Positions 49,720-62,800 are shown, numbered from the stretch's first letter. The stretch is DNA of 64,000 nt from Isurus oxyrinchus (GCA_026770705.1 JANJGN010000002.1:205158001-205222000); one strand, 5' to 3'. Notes: a model not told the origin generated them from the sequence alone. Made by a program: numbers and translations.

Positions 49720-49990
49720 TAACTTTGCGGTAATTGGGTGAGAACTAGCCAAGCATCTGACTATTATGATGCTTGTTAAAAACGTTTCGCATCTGCATTT
49801 GAGTGTGTCCCCTCCACTATAATCTTCTTATGGAAATGAAGGCGAACAGCGGGGATCCAGTAGAGTGTAGGAGAATGTCCTTGTTAACTGGAATTTCTCA
49901 TCATTGCTAATTAGCACAGAGTTTGACGGCCACCGGTATTGGGAAGCACTGTTTAACCACTCACAACCCATCCGAGGGAGCAGACTAATT
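49720..49990 (-). promoter_or_regulatory. Probable N2/SRR1 enhancer orthologue
   Basis: ~2.5 kb upstream of TSS. Clustered OTX-type TAATCT (49820-49825), POU-like ATGGAAAT (49830-49837), ZIC-type CAGCGGGG (49847-49854) and palindrome TGCTAATTAGCA (49905-49916). N2 is known to use OTX2, POU and ZIC inputs. Confidence 0.75.
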
Positions 49991-52944
49991 TTATTTTGTA
50001 ATTAAAATTTGAAAAGGCCTATTTGACAGTTAAAGCTCTGAGCGTTTTATCTCCCCGTGAAATAATTGCCGCCTTGATAACTCAATTTCTGCAAAATGTC
50101 AACTGAAAACGCCAAAAATTTAAATTTTGCTAAGTAAAAATTATCTAAAGCCAATGGTCCTCAACCAGCTGTTTCCAAACCAGGAAACTTTTCATTAGAA
50201 TCTGGAAAATCCCCTGTACCCGTTTGATAAATAATACAGGCATCATTCTACTGACGGGGATAAACTATTCCTTATTGATTCGCCACAACCATCTTTGCTT
50301 TCTCATGTATTTTGAACAGTTTCTGGCAAATGTTCCAGGTAGGTAGTGCAACATTTAACAACAAAAAAAATGCGAGTAATGCTAGAGGCTAAATTAAAAC
50401 AAATATACGGATAAATTGCTTTGCACCCCGAAAGCCAAGGCTATTGACTCTAAACATATTTCAGTGTAAATTGGCAAACTGAAGTTAGACACGGCACAAA
50501 TTGTGCAACAAAATATCCAAAATGCTAAAACTAAATTGTGATTTAGAAATGTCAAATAATAAAATTACCACCTGGTAGAAGTTCAAAAGTGAACAGCACC
50601 TGTGTAGGAATATTAGCTACCCAACGATTCCATGCAAAAAAAAACACTTCATATTGCGAATGGAAGGATTTTCTTTTACACCAACTGTACGTTCAATGAT
50701 CACACTCCAAAACATTTTTTACGCCACATTTGCAATATATGTATCCACTGGGCCCAGTCATTTCAGCGGGAATGTGAGATCTTTCGATCATTATCGCGCA
50801 AATACCTGCACTAACGATTCCGGTTCGTACAAGTGGTATTGAAAGTCTAAAGGAACGGGGAGGCAACAGACTCTTTTAGACTCAACTCTGGTAAACAATA
50901 TCATTCAAGGAGTACAAGGGTACTTGAAACCTAGAGGAAATTACGGCAACTCCGCTCTCTGGTGTTTTTCCGTTCTTCAGAATAACTCCCAATAACAGCC
51001 ACACACAAAAACTACACGTGCTTAGAAAAAGGGGACACAAATCATCCATTCAAGTATGCTACTTTAGTTTGAATTTAATTATTACAAAGGTGCTAAAAAT
51101 CTCAAATTGTCAATGATATAATCTGTCATCGTATTTTAATGGAATGCAGTTCAATTGCAAATGACAATCTGGACGATTCGTACTGATGTCTGAGAGTCTG
51201 AAAACCACCAGTATAGTTAATCCAAGAGATTTAGCTGGGATGCTCATCGCACGCACCATTTTGTTCTTACCACACTTAGAAATAAAAAAAGTTAGTTATT
51301 TTTGTTGCTCATCTTTGCGTGACAATCAGTCGCTAAAGTGGCGCTTTTCAATTCCCCATTCTCCGGCCAACCAGAAATTTAAAAAGTCGTCATCCACCTC
51401 TGATATTATTGCAACAATTTCAGTGATCATCACCTCACCAAGCAAAAACTTCTGTGTCTGTTAAGAAGTTCATAAACTGCTCACCAAATGTTGCTACAAG
51501 TTCCAGCCCATCTAATCGCTGACATGTATAATTAACAAAGCGGTCGAGTTTTACTTTCAACAAACTGATTTAGGAAAGTTTAGCACAAAAGGAGAATCTA
51601 ATCGGTCAACCCAGATACTGACCCTGTATCACACAACCAATGTCAAATAGATATCACCTCGCGAAATAAACAATCCCAGTGGTACCAACACCTCAAAAAA
51701 TGGTACAAATATCTTAGCGCCTCCAAAGGGTAAAGGTGTATCGGTGTCATTCCGAAGTGTCTTATTTATAATTAAACTGGAAACATGGATTGTTTAACAC
51801 GGCGTTCGATACTGGAGCTGATAATATATTGCTCCTTCTAGAAATCAAAACCGCGTCGGGAGACAAGGGGTCAAATAGGAATCATTCTGTTTTGATAAAC
51901 TACATCACAATGGGCGACAGTCCAATTTATTTAACCAGTGATCATTTTCTAGGCTTTTGTATTCGGTAATATTCTAAACCTGAATTCTGGCTTGAAACCC
52001 ATGTGAAAAGCACCCATCTACTTACATGTCAATACGTTGTCTGAAATTGACAATTCTTACTTCTGACCATCTTACATTGAGCACTTTTAGAAAGTTTCAT
52101 AAATGTCCCTACTTGTTTTCGGTTCCTTCGACAAAAAAGAACCTCAACTATTAGAACTGTTGTTTGACCTGGTCACGCTGTGCAACAATCATAACTCCAC
52201 AGCAATTTATGACTATAAGACAATTCTCCAGAATTATCTTTCATAAAACAAAGGGGAGATTATGCACACAAACTTCGAAACCTTTTTTTATCATTAAAAG
52301 CGTGAAGCCTTCGTAACAAACCCACCGCGTGTCTTCTGAACGGCAAGATAACGGATATGAATTTCCAGGTTCCAAGTTAGTTAAAGTGCCTTTAATTGCA
52401 AATGATTCAAAATTTAATAAACACATGTGCCTGGTATTCGACTTGGCTGATACAACGCACTAGATTTTGGAATCAACAATGATCCAATTCTTATTTTATG
52501 CACTACAGTTAATCCTATATGAATTTAACAATGGAACATGTTTGTTGCAATTATAGCCAGTAAAAGATATGAAGTGGATTTAATCGAGAGTAAACAATAT
52601 ACCATTCGGAATTTTCATGGTGTTTTGTTTGCACAGATCGCAATGTATAAGGGAAAACTGCATCTCAGGAAGAAGCCTATGCAAACTGAAATTGGAGCTG
52701 TCCTCTACATGACATTTAAATAGTTACACCTTCAAACTACAAAAAAAAACCTGCTTAAAATAAACATCTTAAACGTCATTTAACTAAATTGCAAGATATA
52801 AGAATTATTGTGATACAGACTATTCATACTTTTAAAAGTCGATGAGGCAGAACTGAGCAAAACTATCGCACAAAATGCAATCGGATTAATTTAGACACAA
52901 TGAGCACATATCCTTGCCATCCATCACTGTACCTAGCATCGGCT

Positions 52945-53015
52945 CAGCAATGTTCTTTCAAAGAAGCGGCACAGACACGAAGGGCCGAATGGTCTTCTTC
53001 TGTGCTTTGTCAATC
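52945..53015 (+). mobile_element. Very short CR1 3' tail
   Basis: tctttcaaagaagcggcacagacacgaagggccgaatggtcttcttctgtgct. Confidence 0.75.
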
Positions 53016-55489
53016 TAAGTTATGGCCATGACATCTACTTACTGATCCCAGAAAGAGACTCAAAACTTCGAATCTATTTTTTATGAAGCCAAACCTCAAT
53101 AACTGTAAAACGGACACGGCGGGATTTATTTGCACTTATAACGTTAAGTACTAATCTCGTTTTGGGGAATTGATGAGCTGTTTTATTCACAGTGCATTGC
53201 ATTATTTCTAGATGGTTCAGAGTGTGCATGCAAGTTGTGATGAATGGTTCTAGTGATGAAAATCCTTGTTGTCAAATTGGTGTAGAGACAATATCCTCTC
53301 AAATTGAGGACGGTGTTGGTCAGCAACAAGAGGAGGCTCCTGTGTTTTTTTTTGCAAATATAACACGAACTCTAACTGGGCTATTTGATCCAGCAGGTGA
53401 CATAGAGAGTATACCTCTCCGTGAGCGAAGATTACCGAGTTTGGGATAGTTTTGTGTTCTGATTTTGACAGTGTTGGCTGTGATTGTCCATAATCTTTAG
53501 TAACCCATGGTAAAAAGGAACATCAAGTGCTCCCAGATTAATACCATAAATGCAGTATCAAAAACTGCGCAAACTAATCCATCGGCTGATTATTTGAGGT
53601 TACCCCATCGAGACAACACAATTTTAATTTATTTTCCCATTAAGTGTTCCAATTCTGGAAAAAAATGAATCTTTATCTACAAACAAAAGTTCTTGAGGTG
53701 GATTTTCAAACAAATAATTGTTTTCATTGTAGTTTTAAAAATCTGATAAATAATTATTATCTCTGAGGTGTCCATCCAATTTCAAGGAAGAACACATAAA
53801 CATTTAATATCTAAGTAAATAGATACAAAATGCCTTAGCAACAAAATTGAATTATTTATCTCTTTAAACTGTTATCCACAGAACTAAATTTAAGCGGTAC
53901 ATATCTAATTACTCTAGCTGTAGATGTGAGGCTGGAATGAAATTAGCAGTCATTACTAGTCTTTTAACTATATGGTCCTTTTGATCAGCGGTAAATTAGC
54001 TTTCCCTCTAACAAAGCCTGTATAGCAAGCAGTGGGCCGTAAATAAGACAGCTCAACCTCCCCTTACCACCTTTTCTGTTGTCAATCACAGCTCTGCAAT
54101 TCATCCTTAGATTAACCTTTATCTGCAAAATTAAAAAAAAACCTTCGTCTACAGTGGCTAATTTTTTATAACTGAAAAGATCTGTTAAATTTCAGTATAA
54201 TTAACCGAAGTGTCAAAAACCCAGCCCAGTTTCTCAACCAATTTCAGATGAGTTGGCGCCTTGATAACGGAGCAAGTAATAATGCAGGCAAGATTTTTTT
54301 AAATTAGTTTTTCCCCTTCTCAACCACTCTGATTTGCTATACTATATTATTAAATTCGACACTGTATAATAGATTGCACGTTTCTGAACAAGTTAACTCC
54401 TTCACTCCCGAATAAACGAAACATAAATTATAAGTAAATCTACAATGAAATGTTATTTTACTGGGAAGAACAACGGGGTTCAGGTTGAATGTTGGAAGAC
54501 GAGTATCAAGGGGAACTTTTACTTTAATTATGGCGATCAGTTTGGGGTAACATCGGATGTCACATGCAGAGAGTAAGTATTTGCGGTAGTCAGATACATG
54601 GACCTTGACTAATTACACAATTGCATAAACAATACGTTGTTTGAATTCTTTTTTTAAAAAAAACTGTCGACTGCAAACAGGCTTGTAATCAGACAGGTTC
54701 CAGAATCGGTTGTCCTTTCCCAAATTATAGGCATGCATATATTCATCCCTGCCAAGCACATGAGGGACCGTTAGGGGACGCCCGAGAGAGGTTGCCAGTC
54801 AGCAGACCCCTTCCCCGGAATCAAACAAATAATTAAGGGGGGAAACATAGCGCTATGGCGACCTGTTTCCTCATCGCTGCAACTAACTGGAGTCCGATTG
54901 TATGTTACAGTGCTGTCAGCTGATTCTACCCTCCCCCCCCCCACCCCCCCTTCCACCCCACCAAAAAAAAGTTCAGGGACTCTCCAAGTGAGAAATAGAA
55001 AACAGCCCTGATTTCTTATTGGCATCCACTGAAGGTCACCACCTACGCTGCTGAAAGCGCTAGGCCCCTTTTTTTTCTATTACATGCTACATTAGAACAG
55101 TTTTGTCAACTCCCCCGGCCGGGGATCAGCCTTGAAGTTTTCACACGCAAACGCTCGGCCGAATCTTCCGCAATACTGCATCAACAAATTAAAGGTTCTT
55201 GACCCAACTGAGCTACCGTGCTTCCTGCCAAAACTCGGGAGTTGTGCACAGCAGCAGAAACGTTTAAAAAAAGGTTTTGTTTAGAATAACCTGGTCATTC
55301 ACAGCGCACGCCATTTTAGAGTTATTTTACTGGGAATCGAGAAAGAAGCCATTCATTCCAAGCTCTGCATGTCTGACATTAGAACACAAGAGCTGCACTG
55401 TTGCACCCCCCCCCCCCCCCCCCCACTCCCCCAACGTAGAGTGAGAAATTTCAGAAACAAGTATAAAACACTGACTGTCAGCCACTTAC

Positions 55490-55762
55490 TTGTCAGGTCT
55501 GGGTGTTGTCCGCGACACTGTCGCCTCGAGGAGAAACGAAAACGCCTGAAGTGCCGCACTCCCGGCCGCGGGAGTTGATGTGTGCCGCTACTGCTCACTT
55601 CTCCCTGGGCTGAGAGCCGGAGATCCGCTGGGTGTTTCTTTCCCCCCCTCTGAAGCTGAGACAAGCGAGCCATGTCAGCTTGAAACTGGAGTCCCTGCGC
55701 TCTCCCGGCAGCATGCGAACGTGTACAGTCCTCTTCATCTAACCACAGAGGATATGCAAACC
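55490..55762 (-). ncRNA. sox2ot: Candidate internal exon of Sox2 overlapping transcript (Sox2ot), 273 nt
   Basis: Strong acceptor cttttcttgttccAG (AG = 55763-55764) and consensus donor GTAAGT (55484-55489). CpG-rich. 3' end GACAACACCCAGACCTGACA resembles recalled human SOX2-OT GACAACACCCTGATCTGGCA. Same strand as Sox2 and upstream of it. Confidence 0.65.
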
Positions 55763-58700
55763 CTGGAACAAGAAAAGTCGTTTATGGAAAAAAAAATTCT
55801 AAAAGGCTGAACGTTTTAAAGAAAGAATGGACGCAGAACAACAAAAGTCAGTTACACTACGCTGCTCTATACCCCCACCGACAGACAGAAGAAAAAGCTT
55901 TATATTTTTTCAGTGGGTATTCAAGATAATTTGAAGCCATTGTTTCTGCTACAGATGGTTCTTTTTAATACAATAACACTGCTCTTTGTGCATACTACCC
56001 ACAATAAAATCTAAAGCGTTCTCTTGAATAACCATTTTGTTCTCTGTTGTATAGGGCCAACAAAAGCTGCCGTGAGGTAATGGTTTCGCTGTTTATTGAA
56101 ACCATGGAATAGGGGCTGGATAAAGGATAGAAAAAGACGTTACAAGGTCACACGAAAACTCTTTATCTGAATAAAATATTATTTAAAAGCAAAGACTACT
56201 TTTAACTGCACCTGAGGGCTGTATGTCAATAAAACAATGACTTCCTTGCAGTTTATGTGCTAAATCATGTCTATAAAAAGTTACTAAGACCAGCGAGTTT
56301 AATATTGCGTTTAGCCAAATATTGCAAAGAAATTCAAAAGCTGGACAACACACCAGTTCCCTCTTATTCTTTAGATAATTGGTCATAAAATTGAAAGAAG
56401 AAAACTAATTTCCAGTGCCAAACTGTTAAATATTGTAACACGTTACATGACATAAATGGCTCCCATATGGTATAATTCACTTCTACACACAGTTCATACA
56501 GTGAGATTTTCAAATTTCACAAAAAGATGGGTTTTCCAATCAACACAATAGCAAAATCCAGTTCTCGTCAAACAGCCGCCAAAGGTAGGCATCAAGGACT
56601 TTGCCCTGAAACATGCATCACTTTAAACAATGTATGCCTATAAATTAACTGGACAAAAAGTTGTTACTATCTGATTTTTCATCCACCTTAATGGTTCTTA
56701 AACTCTAATTAAAATGCCTATCGACACACCAGCTATATTGTTCAAGAAAGGGGTAAATATATTTTGTGTCATGTGGATTCAGCATCAATTTAGTCTGTCT
56801 GACATCTAGACCATGTATTTGGCTTGAGTTGAGGTCTTTATCGGCTTTGAGAGCGAGCTCCTCAGAAAGGGAAAGTCGGAAACAATGGATCTCTGCAGGG
56901 AAAGTTGTTAGTCACTGACTCTCTGTTTGTCTACCTTTCTCTAGGAATTACTAGCTCATTCTCTCCCAGTTCCAGACTGACAGTAATCCACTCCAATGAC
57001 TTCTGCCTTTTGTGTGTTTATAGAACATGTCTCAACCATAATCTCAAAGCTACAATTACAATAGGATGTCATGACTTTAACCTTAACACTACTTCCTTTA
57101 ATTAACCTTCAGGGTGCACGAGACCAGCCTGTGTGGCAGAAAGTTGCTTTGTCAAATCGGCGACTTATACGCGGGTTGGAAGTACAAGCAGGGTCCAATG
57201 GGATGCGGTTTTTGTAATCTATTTGCTACATATTGGAATTAGCAGAAATTTTCACAAATCAGTGAACATAGGTTGCATTTGATCCCAAACAACTAAAGGC
57301 AACTATTCGGTCACCTGTTACTAATAGATTCTGGACCTTTTCAATACTCAGTGATATTAACCCAATGGGTGAGAATTGTCCATTGGCACCTACATTCCAA
57401 ATTATCAGTTTACTATTCAACAGCTATTTTAATAAGATGTTTGCAGATATTAATAGGCGCCTATCTTATCTAGACACGAGATTTTGTACATATGTATACA
57501 GATGTTATTTTACAATCGTAATGACATATAACTTAATCCGAGGCGATGTTACTCTTGTAACCTATAACAAAACGTCTTAGACGTCAATGAAAGTGTTTCG
57601 AGCGTTAGAAAATCAATTTTCAATTACCACCGTTTCTTTATGTTTGTACAACAGATAGTGTCTGAAGAAATCTTTTCTGTCCCAACTGTTCTTGCTTTGA
57701 TTTCTTTACTGGAATAGATGCCCTGTCCTCATTTGCAACCTTATTAGTTAACACTCGAACATTTCCAACTCTCAGATTCTCAAATAAAGGCAAATTTTGT
57801 TTGATCAACGCACGGGTAGAATATGCATTTAAGTTTAAAAAAAATGTAAGTGCCGCTGACAGGCATTTCATGTTTGTTACCCTATCTGACAAACATTTAT
57901 AGATACTTGATACCAGATTTAAGATAATATTTTCCCGTTTTCCTCAACAACAGCTGCCATTTTTATACAATCCAACATCTATTTGAGGAATCATTTAGAA
58001 ATGGTGACCAATGAAGCCCTCGTTTCTCAAAAATACTGCCACACATCCACGAACAGGGAGTATCTCCAGTGTATTACTGAAGAATAGATCTGTTTTGCTT
58101 GCAAGTGTGTAACATTTCAACGCCCCTGACAATTAGCAACATCCCCATTCTCAATTCGTAGCCGCAAGTCTTTTCAGACACCAGAACAATGGCCTCGGAC
58201 CAAATATATATTCATAGCTTCCGAGTGTTCTGTGCAAGTGTTTTAAAACAAGTTCACCTTTGTTTTGATGTGAAGGCTGTTACTGATTCTTATCTCACTA
58301 AAGTAAGAAATAAAGTGCAGTCCTACAACATATCGCCGATATACATAAAGGCCTTTCCAGAGCATCCTTTTTTAATACACACGTATATAATTAGATTAAT
58401 ATAAACGTCAGTTGCGAGTTTTTATGAAGCACAATCTATTTTCTATGAGTTTCATTACTACATCAGTGGAGATTGCTGGAAACTGGGTATGGTTACTATT
58501 CACAAAACATTTTCTCACCACCACCCCCAGCAACTACAACTGAAAATAATAGCTCACAATCTGAAATGTGATCGTTACGGCGAATAGACAACGTACGTTG
58601 AAATGGATGTAACGGACACACTGAAGAAAGTTCTCCCTTCCCTAACGCGATTACAGGTAGCTGAAAGGAAAGTCGGCATTTCCTGGAAGGATGCGGCTGG

Positions 58701-58842
58701 AACTGCTTTTGCAATTACATTGACACGAGGTAAGCTTTTGAAGAAATACGCCGAAAAATCAGCCCGACAGACACTTCGTGTTGTAAATCTATAATATCAA
58801 GCTTCTAAATTGCTTCAAATGTGATTTTCCCTTCCTCAATGT

Positions 58843-58844
58843 TA

Positions 58845-58875
<31 letters not shown>
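58843..58875. repeat. (TA)n microsatellite
   Basis: Direct reading, with one interruption. Confidence 0.97.
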
Positions 58876-59364
58876 CTCGAAGTTCTCAATAAATCAATCC
58901 TATTTCCAGTCATGGGGTTCATGTCCAAAAAATTGTTAAACATAATTTTAAAAAGTCATTAAATTGCAGTTGCTAAAGAACAATTTTCTTCATTGGTACA
59001 CAATGTTTTTCAAATATGTATAGTATCCTATCAACATTTACAGTTATAACTTAAGTGCGCTCTCAAACAGGATAAAATCGAGAAGGGTGGAATAGCTAAT
59101 CGCAGAAAAAGTGCAGAGTAAACCACATGCGTGTCTTCCCCTAGTCAATGCTGAAAATCAAACAAAGATTACGGTGCAAATGCGCATGCATAACTTTGGA
59201 TTATCCATTTGGTTAACTTTAAAGTACTACTTTTAAACAATATTCTGTAATTGAATGTTGTTTGATCCAGTGACTTCTGCTGGAAGATGAACATGCGGAA
59301 TATCAGGATAGGATCAGGCTTCACTGTGTTGTTTCCTCTTGGAAGAAACAATCTACTAATATTC

Positions 59365-59835
59365 ACGGGGGTAGATTTTAATTTTCATTGCCTGATGGAA
59401 AACTGGCACTAGCGGATCGACTGTCCAGCATTCACCTTCCTTTCCAGTGTAGATAATAATAAAAAAAAATGGGCAGCTTGCGGAACGAGTGGTCTTTTGC
59501 TAGTGCCAGTTTTCTGCCCTATGATCTAGGCTCAGCCCTGGAGAGTGTCGCGGAGGCATGGAAGGATGGTTTTGCCAATGGAATCATGGTGCAGCATGTG
59601 TCAACACTTTCAGCAGGGGAGGGGAGAAAAATAGAAAATGGGTATGTCAACTTCATTTTTATATCGTGCTCTTAGTTCACAATTTGCTCAATCTCCCGTC
59701 CCTGATGTGGAAAATCAAATGAGAAAAGTTTGTTTAAATATGATTAAGCATTTTTGAATATTCCTGTAAAATGACACTGCGGAGCAGGTTCGAGGGGCCC
59801 AATGGCCTACTCCCGCTCCTATCTCTGGCGACCTT
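59365..59835. mobile_element. MITE-like remnant with internal 16-bp inverted repeat, followed by a CR1 tail
   Basis: GAAAACTGGCACTAGC (59398-59413) and GCTAGTGCCAGTTTTC (59499-59514). ggagcaggttcgaggggcccaatggcctactcccgctcctat at about 59781-59822. Confidence 0.55.
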
Positions 59836-62800
59836 ATGATGAGTGGATGCCACAGAAACAGCACTGTCCTTGTTTCCCCCCCCCCCCCCCCCAATACATC
59901 AGAAACCAATGTTAAAAAAAATACAGAAACTATTATTACAGTTGGCATTCTATGGGGGAAAATACCTCAGAGTTACATCGCTACATATAAATGCCACAAA
60001 CACCACAAGAAAATGGGAAGGATTTTTAAAATCATTAATAAATGGGGTACAGTTAATGGTTTTCAAGGGTTTTAAATAACACTAAAACCGTTTGCAAATT
60101 TGCTTAAATTTCTGAAGCAACAACATTGATTTATTAAAATTTTTACAGACTTCATTTATTATAAATTCACACTTGTAAATAAATAGTTTTGAGAATAGCT
60201 CAGATAGACAGTTATGATTTGGATTTTTAATTTGATAGTGGGCTAAAATATCTTTCAGGTTGATATCAATCTTTCAGTCCAGCCCTTCAAATGGTTGATT
60301 TTAAATACTCTGTCTAACTTAATTCATACCAATTAACTTTTCACAATGAAGTGTAGGTATTAGTGACATTCTCCCAGGAGATTTTAACAACCTTCCCTTT
60401 GAGATCCTTAAACTCACACAGCTTTGAGTTATACTATTTCACTGGAGTTCATCCAACTACTATGACATTGAAATTTCAAGACATTTTTTTTAGTATATGT
60501 TTTACATATCTCAGCTTGTAATTTTCTTGCAGAATATACCTAAACTCAAAATGACTTATTTTGCAAATACAGTACATATTACAACTAGATGTGATCTCAG
60601 AAAGAAGATCTATTTGCTTAACAAAAAAAATGATGGGTTGTTTTACAAAAAGTAAATAGCATTAGATCAAAAGGCTAGGCCAATAACTAAATGAACATGT
60701 GAAAGTTCATGTGTAGAAATTCACTTGCTCAAATCTGGTATTCTTTTATTCCTCTCAAGAACATTAACTCAAATTAACAGATGATGGGATTGCACAAATA
60801 TGTCTTTCATTGATTTTTGTAGTGAAGGAAAGTATTAGTAGGAATTGAATTTGCAATATTCTACTCAAGATTTTAGCTGGTTATTTTCTGTCTAAATTTA
60901 TTACAACAATACCTTGGCTGTGATGTTTCTTTCCTCACTGCCCACCCACCCCCGTCCCTTCACCCTCTGCTCCACCTTGAGACACTTGTCTAAAATATAT
61001 TGTAATCTTCAAACTAATAAATATTTGAATATACCTAACTTGAGTACTGCACAAGTTTCCAAAACACACTTCTTCCTAAAGATCAGCGCCTGATGTTCTG
61101 TTTCTATAATATTTATTGTCAATCAGGAGACATAGCAACATTGAAATGTTCAAACATAAAGAAGAATGATGTGAGTGATTTCCAAATAATAAGCAATCAT
61201 AGGACAGACAATCTCTTCTACAGGTGACTGTTAGTATTTAAAAAGAAAGGAAATAGTTAGCTAATTTGTATGACCCAAGACAATACATTTCCCTTATATG
61301 AATGTTTGAAGAAACCAGCTTCAGGATTGCTTACATTGATCTGCTTTACAGATTAACCAGTGAGCACTTTAATCACATTAACTATCAAACAAGTTAAATC
61401 AATGATCAATTTAATCACATTAGATAATCTCAACAGCTATCTTTCACTGGAGTATGCTAAATAATCCTTCACAATTTATCTTGGTCTTTTCTTTATAATT
61501 GCTGCTGCTAAACGATTGTCCATAACTCAGAAGATTGTATAGCACTATTTAAATTAAATTAGGGATGGATAATGTGATAGATTTCTATACTTAATCACAC
61601 AAGAGGGGTGAAAGAGAAGCTAACTCGATTTGACATGGGGTGGGACAAAAGACTAATTACCTCACTGAATTCATTAATAACGAAAGACAAACAATTAGAT
61701 TTTATGTCTCATTTAATGATTACATAATCAAAACTAAAATAGTAAGAGTACTTAGGATGAATTTTAAACAAACAGTGCAAAGTATACTGGAGGAAGAAAA
61801 GATCCTGTGCCTGTTGGAACTGAAATAATTTTGCCACAATGTAACAATTCGGGTTCTTGACAGTTCTTAATTGTGTAATAAGTGCTTTGGGCTGAGAATT
61901 CTGCAGGTACAGATGGTGTAAGTAATTAGAATGCCCCCCAAACACTGTTGCACTGCGACAGCGTGACATATGAAACCTGTTTTCAATGCAAAGGTCAAGG
62001 TTTGCCGAACTGTTTCTCTACACTGCTGTTTCCAGACCACCATCATAGATGGTTTTTGATTCACATGGAATGCAATGGCTGAGGCCCCGGCTGCAATGTG
62101 TGAAAAGGAAAGCTGCGATCAGTTTTAGTGGCATGATAATTACTAACATTCAAGATTTACTTAATTGTTTGAAATCTTCCTTTTTGGCTTCTCCTAGACA
62201 AGCATTCCTCACATAGAACTAATGTTCAGAAATAGATATCTTGGTCTGAAATTTCCTCCGTGGTCACAACCTGAAAATGCATCCATTCTGACAATGTCAT
62301 TACACCCAAATTTCCTGCAAATCTCATTAGAACAAATTGGGCATAATGCAGTGTGAAAAATGGTGCCCAAGGAAAGGTCTGAACTCAGCCTATATTTCAT
62401 CTGCATTAAGCACAGCATGCTTAAGAAACTGCAATTGGGTAGCTTTTCAGTTTTTAATATGACTTATACTATAAAAATCCATTCAAAGAAAAATAAAATA
62501 CCGTTCAGATCTCCGTGAGGATATTTCTTTTAAAAACTCTAAAAAATTTGCAATAAAACTGACCTTTTCCTTCTGCACCTTAAAATCTGATCGTAATTTA
62601 AAGAGACCCCCGAACATAATTCAATTGCAGAAAACACTCATACAAGGTAAAGTGGAGCCATTATTATTGTGGAGTTGCATTTGAGCAGAGGGATTACTAA
62701 ACAACAAATGATGGATAAAATAAAGATTTGAGCGCATTGCTTTTATGCTCAAATTCCATGATCTTTTAGGCCGCATTGTATTTATGCCCAGATTGAGAAT

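Noticed and set aside
57280-62700. N3 enhancer Sox2/Pax6 core
   Set aside because: Only short partial matches (ATCCCAAACAA near 57282; GGGATTACT near 62690) to the recalled core, not enough to call.
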